Shown piece by piece: positions 40,266-49,565 of a stretch of DNA of 64,000 bases (positions within the stretch are counted from its first letter, which is position 1; every line of letters begins with the position of its first letter). The notes below the pieces were generated by a model. That model was not told the DNA's origin, did no database searches, and saw nothing but the letters and a program-made list of their open reading frames with translations. The translations under genes and the position numbers were made by a program. This DNA is from an uncultured Candidatus Saccharibacteria bacterium (GTDB taxonomy: Bacteria; Patescibacteriota; Dojkabacteria; JAOAGR01): positions 128,261-192,260 of the forward strand of contig CAZDBO010000002.1 in assembly GCA_964503755.1 (NCBI GenBank), given 5' to 3'.

Positions 40266-41022
40266 CTCTAACGAAAACAATAGTAGTTGGGAACCGGTTG
40301 CTAAATGGTATAACAATTTACTTTTCAAACAAACTAGTTATTATCACGAAAAAATCATCATCCCACGAATAATAAAAAAATTGGAAAATAATCCATCACC
40401 ACAAATTTTAGATCTCGGATGTGGTAACGGCATTTTAGAAAGAAAAATAAATAAAAATTATCAATATTTAGGCATCGATATTTCTAAAACACTCATTAAC
40501 TTTGCTGAAAGATATAAAAAAAGCAAGAAGCATTTATTTAAATGCGCAGACATTACCGAAGATCTAGAAATTCAATCTCAACATTTTACTCACGTAGTAA
40601 TGATATTATCACTACAAAATGTCGAAAATTTTGATAAAGTTTTTGAGAATTCGTCAAAGGCGTTAGTTTCTGGAGGTAAATTTATAATAGTAATTAATCA
40701 TCCATATTTTAGAATACCAAGACAAACAATGTGGGGAATTGATCAAAATAAAAAATTACAATATCGAAGAGTCGATCGATATATGAGTCCAGTAAAAATA
40801 CCTGTAGAAATTTATACTGCACAAAAACAAAGATCAATCACTTGGTCATATCACAATCCGCTTTGTTTATATACAAAATCGCTATACGAACATAATTTTT
40901 TAATTGAACGCATAGAAGAATGGATATCGGATAAGCATAGTGTTGGGAAAAATAGTAAAATGGAGAATAGAGCAAGAAAAGAATTTCCTATGTTTATGTG
41001 TATTAATTGTGTTAAGAAATAA
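40240..41022 (+). CDS. class I SAM-dependent methyltransferase
   Basis: Motif I ILDLGCGNGIL; Rossmann-fold methyltransferase layout. Confidence 0.75.
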   Translation: MSKHHQMSNSNENNSSWEPVAKWYNNLLFKQTSYYHEKIIIPRIIKKLENNPSPQILDLGCGNGILERKINKNYQYLGIDISKTLINFAERYKKSKKHLFKCADITEDLEIQSQHFTHVVMILSLQNVENFDKVFENSSKALVSGGKFIIVINHPYFRIPRQTMWGIDQNKKLQYRRVDRYMSPVKIPVEIYTAQKQRSITWSYHNPLCLYTKSLYEHNFLIERIEEWISDKHSVGKNSKMENRARKEFPMFMCINCVKK

Positions 41023-41278
41023 TATTTTTTCTTATATTAATAAATATTATAAATAGAGATATATATATACTTCTATTCCAAAAATATAAATTCAAAATAC
41101 TTTTATAATTATTCGAAGAGTTAAAAAAGATTAAGTTATCTTAAAATATGTGTTTTATATAGAAAATCTTCATTTTATTGTAAATTTATAGTGGAATTTT
41201 CAATTTGTAGTTTAAATATATCGTAGCTTAAAAAATAGCTACTCTATAACTAACTAACAAATGAATAAAAGCTTTATC

Positions 41279-41354
41279 TGGTGGCCCCAGCAGGACTCGA
41301 ACCTGCGACCTTTACAATGTGAGTGTAACGCTCTACCAGCTAAGCTATAGGGCC
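41279..41354 (-). tRNA. tRNA-Val (anticodon CAC), CCA encoded
   Basis: Reverse complement GGCCCTATAGCTTAGCTGGTAGAGCGTTACA CTCACAT TGTAA AGGTCGCAGGTTCGAGTCCTGCTGGGGCCACCA. Confidence 0.85.
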
Positions 41355-41551
41355 ATATATTTATTAACAGTTAATTTTAGCAAATTAAAATTATAAATTA
41401 AAAGATTGCTTTATATATGCGAATTAAATAATTCTAAACATTTATCTAATGAAAAACTCTGAGATTATTAAAATGCTCATAAATTAATTCAATTGTAATA
41501 ATCTCAGCTTAACCATATAAAAAATTTGAAAAAATAAAATATATCAAATAA

Positions 41552-41628
41552 TGGTGGACTCAGCAGGACTCGAACCTGCGACCTTTACAATGTCAATGTA
41601 ACGCTCTAACCAACTGAGCTATGAGTCC
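41552..41628 (-). tRNA. tRNA-Val (anticodon GAC), CCA encoded
   Basis: Reverse complement GGACTCATAGCTCAGTTGGTTAGAGCGTTACA TTGACAT TGTAA AGGTCGCAGGTTCGAGTCCTGCTGAGTCCACCA; body nearly identical to the Val-CAC gene. Confidence 0.85.
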
Positions 41629-41675
41629 TAAGCCATTATCATTCTAATAAATAATCTAATTTTAGTCAATTAAAA

Positions 41676-44600
41676 TTATTTGTTTACTATACGATTCTTA
41701 ATTCTACGATGTGCCTTCCCTTCTATAATTTTCCTTCTTTGTTCCATTGTATACCACGCTATAGCACCAAACAAAGCAAAGATTACAGTAAATATAATCC
41801 AATTTATATATCCTGAAAAATTAGTATCTGGAAGCCTACTACTTGTTACAATAATGGTAGTTGTAGTTGTTGTGCCAGGTGGAGGCGAATCTGTAGGTGT
41901 TGGAGGCTCTGGTGTTGCACACTCACCTATGATATTTATATTTACTCTGTTTGATTGTTCAGTACGATTAGTCGATATAGCTCTTGCTTGGTTAGTCATA
42001 ACATCATTACAAATACCTCTGCTTGGGAAATAATTTTGATTTATAGTTATTGTGTAGGTCAACTGTATAGAGCTATTAGGTGCCAAGTTTGGATTATTGT
42101 TGTTCGCACTTATTAAATTTTGCGAAGTCCACGTAATTACATTACCTGATATAGTACCACCATTGAATATATTAGAAACAGTAATTCTGTTTACTGCATC
42201 CTGATCTAATGTATCACGAACTGTCATGTCACTTAGATCCAGTGGATTAGATGATACGTTAGTCAATGTTAGAGTATAATTTACAGTTCCACCTGGATTA
42301 ACAGTATCTCTATTAGCTTGTTTAGAAATAGTAAAGTTCGGTTGTGCAGTACGTACAATAACTTCATCGCAGCCTATCAATATATCGCCTGTATCTATCT
42401 GATCGTTATTATTCACATCTCTATACAAACAAAACTCATTCTCTAAAGATGGTGTACCAGTATAGCTACTTATATCAACTCTGACTGTACCGCTATATGT
42501 CTCACCTGGAGCTAGCACTCTTATCTTATTCCATTCAACACCCTTGACATTTTGAGAAACAGTATAATTGTTGCCGGGATTCAATGAACCAATAGTATTT
42601 CCATTTTCATCAAGCAATCTTCTAGGTGAAACAGAAGAAGGATCAGAAGCAGTACCTCCACTACGCAAGAGATCTGTTGCTTGAATGATATCACCAAAAG
42701 GAGGAGTAATAACATTTCCTGAATTATCATGAGCAATAAGTCTATCTCGTACTATTACATTTTGCATTATTGCGTTTCCTGTATTACTTATGGATACATC
42801 GTATTCGAGAATAGATGTTGAATTAACGACATTACCTGTACTTAGATTTACGGAATTGGTTTGATCAATATCCTTATTGATCCTAGGTTGCGGGGAAAAA
42901 CTAAATCCAATCCTACAATTATTAGAAGTTGAATTGATAGTACCATTTGATGTATAACCATCAATTTGAATATTACTTATTTCAACGCTATTTGGTATTT
43001 GTAAACTAAACGTATTCGAAGATTGCGGTGAAATAGATTGTGTTACATTTTGATTTGATGCAGTCCTATAAGCGTAATTTATGAAGTAAGAGACGGCATT
43101 TATACCCTGGATTTGTATATTTAATGTATCTCCTTGGCGTACACTACAAGCTTGTGTATTTGAGTTAGTACAGGTTTGATTGTTTCGCATATTAGTAATC
43201 GAAATATTAGTACATTGTGAAGTAGGGGTTGTAGGTGTAGGAGTAAACGTTGGCGTAGGTGTATTGGTAATAGTTGTCGTCGAGCTCCGTAATTCAACAA
43301 TAGTACTACACTGAGCTGGACTCTGCGTTGACAAACGACCTGCCTGACCATCAGAACCTAAATTAAATAATTCTCCTCCAAACCCTCTCAACATCACTTT
43401 ACGTAAATATCGACCCGGCTGCCATCCACCATTCTGATCTTTTGTTTCGTCGTTCAAATCTGGTTGATTCAATTGATTATAGTGTATAACGTAATTAAAC
43501 GTAATTGTATCACCATTGGAAACTCCATCTACAATCCATCTAAATCCTTTATCACTTTCCAAAAGCTTACGCATTGGAGTTGCACCATTTACATTAGTTT
43601 GAGGCAACCATGCACCTCTTGGATTACCTGGTGAATATTCATTTTCTAAATTATAGGGAAATATCGAACCTCTCCCTCTATCAAGAGGATTACGTACAAC
43701 CATCGTTATGTTTAGACTTTCACCAGGTCTTAAAATCCTTCTCCCGTTCTCGACTGTACCACCGGTTACTGTGAATGATTGACAGATTGGTCTATTATAA
43801 AGTGGTTGGGTTCGCACAACACAATAATTTCTACAAGATCCTGGTTGACCGATCATTCGCCTATTTCTTGGATCAAATAACCTAGCACCCTTAGGATCAT
43901 AGCCAAGCTCGTTATAACATATAAGTTCATTGGGCGCTATCCATCCACCATCTATTGTGTATATAGCACCAAAAACAATACCATTTCTAAAGTTTAATGC
44001 AGGCAATCCAGCACAATTAATATCTTGCATTGCAGCATACGCATCATTTCTACGAATATCTCCATACAAATTGTTCGGTAAAGTAAATGTTCTATTTGGA
44101 TCACCAGCAGTACCACCACCAACTGTACCACTTGTATCGGAGAAATTAAACAAATAATAGCTACAAGCATATTCACGAGTACCAGGTGTGTTCCATGGAC
44201 TGTTTGGATCAGGTATATATGGCCTCATGAAATAAAGTCTAAATCGAGGGTTCCCATTTGATACCCCATTTGTACTGTTAAATATGATTTGAGTACCAGG
44301 TTTAGGCATGTCCCTTACAACTATACTATCAGGAGTATCACTTGCTGATACTGTCTTGGTCACTTTTTGACCCGTCATTGTTTCAAATGTCACTGTCATA
44401 GAGGCACAGTACCCTTCAGGATTACGAGTAGTACCTCTATCACATTGAGGATCATAATTTGATCGAACAACATTATTATTACAATCACGATAAACCATAT
44501 TAACTCCCTCACATCTTGCAATGGGCTCACATATTTCACATTGTTCTGGAGTCTCGCTTACACTCGGATTACCATTAGCATCACATGTAACTATACGTCT

Positions 44601-45803
44601 GATGTTATTAACACAACGACTTTCTGGTTGACAGGTTCTTCCGGTAGGTTGATCAGGACATCTATATGGATTACCACATACAGAATCCGAATATACTCCT
44701 CCAGCTTTATTGTCACAATTTGCTCCACATCCAAATCCCTCTAACCTAGTATTTCCATATCTATATCCGTCACTTTGTACTGGTCCTAGATTTCTACACC
44801 AACACATTTGATTAACTCCTGGATTACAATTTATGAATTCTGCGGGTGAACACTGAGCGACATTGCCGCTTTGACCAGTAAAAACTCTACATGTACTCCC
44901 TGATACTAACCAATTTCCCGAATTAGTTATAGTACAAGTAAATCCATTACTTCCACAATTAAACTTTGTACCCGTAGTACCACTACAAACGTTGTCTCCA
45001 CAAGCACATATATTGCTAGTTCCATCACAAGTTTTATAACAATAACCACCTATATTTCTATATCCATTAGGACAAACCCCACCTGGACCCGCTTGCAATC
45101 CATCAGGCCTCTGACATATACCCCACCCACTTTCATAACATCGTTGTATACCCGTAAATCGATCTGCACTATCACTTGTACATTCTTTATACTCTCCAAT
45201 AACAGCATTCGTTCCATCATCCTTACGACAAGCAGGATTATTTACTGATCCAGGTGGGGTTGGATTTAGAGGACCCAAACAAGAGGAAGAAGAATATTGT
45301 CCCCCACAAGTTTTTATCCTAGAACCATCACGACAAACCACTTCCAAACAAGAATTAGTTGAACACTCACTATCGGCACCACATCTTTCACCTGGAGCTT
45401 TTTTGCCAGCTGGTCTATCAACACACCTTCCTTGAAAATAATCCTTTCCCTGTAGTTCACAAGAACGAGCTAGTTCGCATTCATTATAATCTGCTTGATA
45501 CCTAGAACAATCAATTTGACCCCAGTCTCCCCTTTGACAAGCCTGCAAATTAGCTAATTGTGCTGAACAATCTCGTGCTGCTGCTGTCTCATCAGGTGTA
45601 GTATCTCTCGTCAATATTGTATATGCCAAAAATCCAGAAACACCTAACAAAAGCAAAATAAAAAATATGATTAAGCCAAGCAATACTCTTCGGTCTAATT
45701 TTTTAATACGAAAATTTAGATTATCTGTACGGAACTTAAATACATTTAAGTTTTGATTGCTCATATTATTTAAAAATCTATTATATTTGTATAAAATAGT
45801 CAA
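41676..45803 (-). CDS. giant cysteine-rich cell-surface protein with C-terminal LPxTG-like (LPDTN) sorting signal
   Basis: 1375-aa ORF; N-terminal TM/signal anchor; about 500 aa of dense Cys spacing; internal TPTPTFTPTPTTPTS linker; C-terminal PTPTDSPPPGTTTTTT linker, then LPDTNFSG + hydrophobic helix + basic tail (RRKIIEGKAHRRIKNRIVNK). Confidence 0.8.
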   Translation of the reverse strand: MTILYKYNRFLNNMSNQNLNVFKFRTDNLNFRIKKLDRRVLLGLIIFFILLLLGVSGFLAYTILTRDTTPDETAAARDCSAQLANLQACQRGDWGQIDCSRYQADYNECELARSCELQGKDYFQGRCVDRPAGKKAPGERCGADSECSTNSCLEVVCRDGSRIKTCGGQYSSSSCLGPLNPTPPGSVNNPACRKDDGTNAVIGEYKECTSDSADRFTGIQRCYESGWGICQRPDGLQAGPGGVCPNGYRNIGGYCYKTCDGTSNICACGDNVCSGTTGTKFNCGSNGFTCTITNSGNWLVSGSTCRVFTGQSGNVAQCSPAEFINCNPGVNQMCWCRNLGPVQSDGYRYGNTRLEGFGCGANCDNKAGGVYSDSVCGNPYRCPDQPTGRTCQPESRCVNNIRRIVTCDANGNPSVSETPEQCEICEPIARCEGVNMVYRDCNNNVVRSNYDPQCDRGTTRNPEGYCASMTVTFETMTGQKVTKTVSASDTPDSIVVRDMPKPGTQIIFNSTNGVSNGNPRFRLYFMRPYIPDPNSPWNTPGTREYACSYYLFNFSDTSGTVGGGTAGDPNRTFTLPNNLYGDIRRNDAYAAMQDINCAGLPALNFRNGIVFGAIYTIDGGWIAPNELICYNELGYDPKGARLFDPRNRRMIGQPGSCRNYCVVRTQPLYNRPICQSFTVTGGTVENGRRILRPGESLNITMVVRNPLDRGRGSIFPYNLENEYSPGNPRGAWLPQTNVNGATPMRKLLESDKGFRWIVDGVSNGDTITFNYVIHYNQLNQPDLNDETKDQNGGWQPGRYLRKVMLRGFGGELFNLGSDGQAGRLSTQSPAQCSTIVELRSSTTTITNTPTPTFTPTPTTPTSQCTNISITNMRNNQTCTNSNTQACSVRQGDTLNIQIQGINAVSYFINYAYRTASNQNVTQSISPQSSNTFSLQIPNSVEISNIQIDGYTSNGTINSTSNNCRIGFSFSPQPRINKDIDQTNSVNLSTGNVVNSTSILEYDVSISNTGNAIMQNVIVRDRLIAHDNSGNVITPPFGDIIQATDLLRSGGTASDPSSVSPRRLLDENGNTIGSLNPGNNYTVSQNVKGVEWNKIRVLAPGETYSGTVRVDISSYTGTPSLENEFCLYRDVNNNDQIDTGDILIGCDEVIVRTAQPNFTISKQANRDTVNPGGTVNYTLTLTNVSSNPLDLSDMTVRDTLDQDAVNRITVSNIFNGGTISGNVITWTSQNLISANNNNPNLAPNSSIQLTYTITINQNYFPSRGICNDVMTNQARAISTNRTEQSNRVNINIIGECATPEPPTPTDSPPPGTTTTTTIIVTSSRLPDTNFSGYINWIIFTVIFALFGAIAWYTMEQRRKIIEGKAHRRIKNRIVNK

Positions 45804-45808
45804 ATACC

Positions 45809-47845
45809 ATGAAAGGAATCAATATAAAACTCTTTTTAATAACGTTTTTTTTATTAATAGCATATTTCATACTTTTTTTTACTAGTCTCATTCGAAGCAA
45901 TACGATAGATGCTCAACAAGTAACATCTTCTCCGACTCCTACTACAACACCCAACCCGACTCCTACTACAACACCCAACCCAACTCCCACTTCGGATCAA
46001 ACTCCACCATCACCCCCAACTCCAGCCATTCTTACAACAACTACCAATAGTGTAACGCTAAAATGGAATCCAGCTTCTGATCTTAGTGGAATATCTGAAT
46101 ATAAAATCTTTCAATCAAATCAATCAAACGGATCATACGCTCAAATAGCTTTTACAACAGGTACCGAATACACTATTTTAAACTTGGAACAAGATACCGA
46201 ATATTGGTTTAAAATCTCTGCATGCGATAACTCACCAAATAAAAATTGCTCTGCTCTAAGCGAATCAGTAAAAGCGAAAACTAAAAAAGAAATAATTAAA
46301 CAATATGAAATAAATGCTACCATTGATAAAAATACTACCAATGCAAACGAACAATTTACTATAATATACAAAGTCAAAAATACAGGTAATGTAATTATAG
46401 AAAACTTTGAAATCAGGATTCCATTTTTAAATAATATTTCAGATGTCAAAAATTCTGTAGTAAATCCTGAATTTAATCGTAGATTAGATCCAGCTACTGA
46501 CTTTCCTCAAGGATTTAATCCGCGCAGTTGGATATTTAATATAAATCCAGAAGAAGAAAAACAGTTTTCTATCACATACTCAGTAAGTGAAAATCCTACA
46601 GTACCAAATGGACACCTCTGCATATATACACTGCCAATAAGTTGGATTGATCCCGCTGGCGAACCTTCAAATCAACTTATCCAAACAACAAACTTCCGTG
46701 CTGATATCTACATAAATCGTCAATATGAAAAATCAGTAAGAGTCACATTACCGACATTAGAATCCGTAAACTCGCCAATTGCGAGCGTACAACTACCATC
46801 ACAATACCTTTTTGAAGGATCAAAAACAACCAATTTAAGGTCGATAAACAAAGAAAACATTTCCAAATACAGAAATTTTACTTTAGAAAACGATCAATTT
46901 ATCATTGAATGGTTAGAACCGGTTGACCTATCGAATGCTGATATACCTGTAAAATTAATAAATTTAGATAATTTACTCAGATACAAAACTTATGGCGTAG
47001 ATTTCAATATTCAGGAGCTAAATTTTCTTGCTAAGAAGGTGAGAATAACTCTCAAAAAACATAATTATTTATTTTTACCTAGAATCAAAATTGATAATGA
47101 GATAAAAGATTTACAAATTTACAATGGAGAAATGGATTTTTTATCTAAATTTATCTCATTTGAAATATCTCCAATGCGTTCGTTTACATTAGTTTCTGAT
47201 ATTAAATTTGAAAACCCGAAAAAAGAAAATGATCAGCACTCAATAGAAATCAAAGTGTCAAATCCAAAAGTGAAATTATATTGTAGTATAGACGATGCAG
47301 CGTTTAAAACTGGTTGGGTAGACCAAGAAAAAGGTAATCTTTCAATAGTATTACCAGAACAGGACGTTATAAAATTAGAAGTAAAAATAATAGATGAAAA
47401 TAACGAAGAATTTTCAAGAGTCAAAATAATAGAAAAAATGACTCCGACCCCGACACCACAGCCAATAAATAATAATACACTAACAAATCGACTTAATCTT
47501 ACTATCAATCCACTAACTATATTACTTTCCATATCAGCTCTAATCATCTTTATAATTTTATTAGTAATTGGATATGTAATACTCAGAAAAAGATTTAGCA
47601 ACAAAAAAAGTGATAATACATTAAAACTTGATTTTGCTACATCTCTCAAAACAAAAGTCTTGACTCATAACAGTAATACCAAAACTGTGCAACCAGGAAC
47701 ATTTACAGACTATGCAAACATGGATGGAAACAAAAACAATCATGAGATACCAAAAGGTGAAAAAAAGGAAATAACAATTGATCTAACTGCATTGAAAAAC
47801 AAACACACCAAGAATTTAAATAATGATAATAACCAATCTAAATAA
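45809..47845 (+). CDS. surface protein with signal peptide, Thr/Pro-rich linker, fibronectin type III-like domain and C-terminal TM anchor
   Basis: N-terminal signal peptide; TPTTTPNPTPTTTPNPTPTS linker; FN3-like block (TLKWNPASDLSGISEYKIF...TEYWFKISACDNS); second TPTPTPQP linker; C-terminal TM LTILLSISALIIFIILLVIGYVIL + KRF tail. Confidence 0.75.
   Translation: MKGINIKLFLITFFLLIAYFILFFTSLIRSNTIDAQQVTSSPTPTTTPNPTPTTTPNPTPTSDQTPPSPPTPAILTTTTNSVTLKWNPASDLSGISEYKIFQSNQSNGSYAQIAFTTGTEYTILNLEQDTEYWFKISACDNSPNKNCSALSESVKAKTKKEIIKQYEINATIDKNTTNANEQFTIIYKVKNTGNVIIENFEIRIPFLNNISDVKNSVVNPEFNRRLDPATDFPQGFNPRSWIFNINPEEEKQFSITYSVSENPTVPNGHLCIYTLPISWIDPAGEPSNQLIQTTNFRADIYINRQYEKSVRVTLPTLESVNSPIASVQLPSQYLFEGSKTTNLRSINKENISKYRNFTLENDQFIIEWLEPVDLSNADIPVKLINLDNLLRYKTYGVDFNIQELNFLAKKVRITLKKHNYLFLPRIKIDNEIKDLQIYNGEMDFLSKFISFEISPMRSFTLVSDIKFENPKKENDQHSIEIKVSNPKVKLYCSIDDAAFKTGWVDQEKGNLSIVLPEQDVIKLEVKIIDENNEEFSRVKIIEKMTPTPTPQPINNNTLTNRLNLTINPLTILLSISALIIFIILLVIGYVILRKRFSNKKSDNTLKLDFATSLKTKVLTHNSNTKTVQPGTFTDYANMDGNKNNHEIPKGEKKEITIDLTALKNKHTKNLNNDNNQSK
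45932..45990 (+). repeat. 24-nt tandem repeat (about 2.4 copies) encoding the PTPTTTPN linker
   Basis: ccgactcctactacaacacccaac at 45932-45955 is repeated exactly at 45956-45979, then a partial third unit. Confidence 0.85.
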
Positions 47846-47850
47846 TAATC

Positions 47851-48603
47851 ATGGAATTTAATTTTACCTTAAAATTTATTATTGTTTGTTTAACATCAAC
47901 ACTTTACTTAATTATACGTGATTTATTAAAACGTTATAAACCAACTGTTTTTGATAAAATTTTTCACATAAGATTAGATACTGTGCTAATTTTTTTTATA
48001 ACTATATTGATCAGCATTTCAGCAAATATACAAATATCCGAATTATCCGACAAAGCTATATTAATACTAAACAAACAAATATTACTTGCGATTTTAGCTT
48101 TTTGTATAACATTTTTATCATTTGGAATAGGAATTAAATTTATTATAGAAACAATAAAAAAATACATTAATATAGATAAATTACTAGCATTTCACAATAG
48201 CTTTTTAATATATCTAAACTTTGCTTCAATCTGGATATACTCTTCATTTCTTACATTGTTAGTTCTAGTGTCATATTTGGAAATTCAAAAAAACACACAA
48301 TCAGTAAATATAGAATTATTTGTTTTTTTCTTGATATCTTTTATTATAAATACAATATTGATTAGACATGTAATTCACAGTCAATCTAAAAACACAAAAA
48401 TACAATGGTTATATGTTTTTTTTGATATAACAACAATATTACTTTTATTATCAATAATCTTTTATAACACTGATAGATCAAATTTTTTCCTATATTATCC
48501 GATAACTATCTCAACTCTGACAGGACTAATAACAGGATTTATATACAATCTTATTGAAGAAAAAATAAGTAGAAAATATTATAAAAAGATAAATCAATTC
48601 TGA
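47851..48603 (+). CDS. hypothetical polytopic membrane protein (7-8 TM)
   Basis: 250 aa, almost entirely hydrophobic helices; starts 6 nt after the surface-protein stop. Confidence 0.55.
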   Translation: MEFNFTLKFIIVCLTSTLYLIIRDLLKRYKPTVFDKIFHIRLDTVLIFFITILISISANIQISELSDKAILILNKQILLAILAFCITFLSFGIGIKFIIETIKKYINIDKLLAFHNSFLIYLNFASIWIYSSFLTLLVLVSYLEIQKNTQSVNIELFVFFLISFIINTILIRHVIHSQSKNTKIQWLYVFFDITTILLLLSIIFYNTDRSNFFLYYPITISTLTGLITGFIYNLIEEKISRKYYKKINQF

Positions 48604-48623
48604 TATAATCCTATTCAATCATC

Positions 48624-49565
48624 ATGAAAAAAATCAGTATTGTTATACCTTTTTATAACGAGGAAGAGATAATAAACCATTCATATAATGAAATTACGAA
48701 GCGATTAAATAATTTGAAAAACCAATATAATTTTGAAATTGTCTGTATCAATGACGGTAGTAAAGATAAAACACTAAAATTGCTATTAGAATTAGCTGAA
48801 AATGATTCAAGAATAAAAATAATAGATTTATCTAGAAACTTCGGCCATGAAATGGCTATTTTAGCTGGTCTAGAAAATGCAACCGGCGATGCAGTGATAA
48901 CAATGGATTGTGACCTCCAAGATCCACCAGAGCTGATTGAAAAAATGCTAAAACTCTGGAAAGAAGGCTATGAAGTCGTGCATGCCAAAAGAAGTAAAAG
49001 AGAAAAAGATAGTTTTTTCAAAAAAATTAGTGCGAAATTTTTCTATAAAATTTTCAACAAGCTATCTTCAACAAAAATGCCAGAAAACGTAGCAAACTTC
49101 CGTCTTTTGGACAGAAAAGCATTGGATGCGTTATTGAAGTTCAGAGAGCATAAAAGATACTATCGTGGATTAAGTATTCTAATCGGATTTAAACAAACAT
49201 TTATCGAACATGAAAGAAACGAAAGAATCGCCGGAAAAACGAAATATCCTCTAAAAAAAATGATGAAATTAGCAATCGATGCCATTTTGGCATTTTCAAG
49301 TATCCCACTACAGATAATCACCCAGATAGGGGTTTTGATATCATTTGCTAGCTTTTTAGGGATAATTTATGCTTTAGTAGTAAAAGTATTTTTTCCAGAA
49401 TATGCTGTACCCGGTTGGGCATTTACGACAATAGCTATTTTTTTTCTTGGGGGTATACAAATACTTATCATGAGTATAATAGGCATGTACATAGAAAGAA
49501 TATATACTGAGGTTCTAAACAGACCACACTATATAATACGTGCAATTTATGAAAATAAAAAATAA
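48624..49565 (+). CDS. family 2 glycosyltransferase, polyprenyl-phosphate sugar transferase type (GtrB/DPM1-like)
   Basis: N-terminal ISIVIPFYNEEE; DxD in TMDCDLQDPPE; C-terminal TM helices typical of GtrB-like enzymes. Confidence 0.8.
   Translation: MKKISIVIPFYNEEEIINHSYNEITKRLNNLKNQYNFEIVCINDGSKDKTLKLLLELAENDSRIKIIDLSRNFGHEMAILAGLENATGDAVITMDCDLQDPPELIEKMLKLWKEGYEVVHAKRSKREKDSFFKKISAKFFYKIFNKLSSTKMPENVANFRLLDRKALDALLKFREHKRYYRGLSILIGFKQTFIEHERNERIAGKTKYPLKKMMKLAIDAILAFSSIPLQIITQIGVLISFASFLGIIYALVVKVFFPEYAVPGWAFTTIAIFFLGGIQILIMSIIGMYIERIYTEVLNRPHYIIRAIYENKK

Noticed and set aside
41680-42033. 117-aa + strand ORF, plus several other 60-130-aa ORFs from the track (e.g. 43121..43351, 43930..44157, 46141..46449, 47233..47649, 58507..58887, 60041..60331)
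   Set aside because: All lie antisense or out of frame entirely inside long, well-supported genes. Their translations are low-complexity or mirror-image artifacts of the opposite-strand codons. The 58507 ORF is a by-product of the GC-rich repeat region.
41676-47845. Considered a diversity-generating retroelement or polymorphic-toxin locus around the repeat-rich surface protein genes
   Set aside because: No reverse transcriptase, template/variable repeat pair or toxin-immunity cassette is visible. The only repeats are short in-frame tandem units encoding Thr/Pro linkers.
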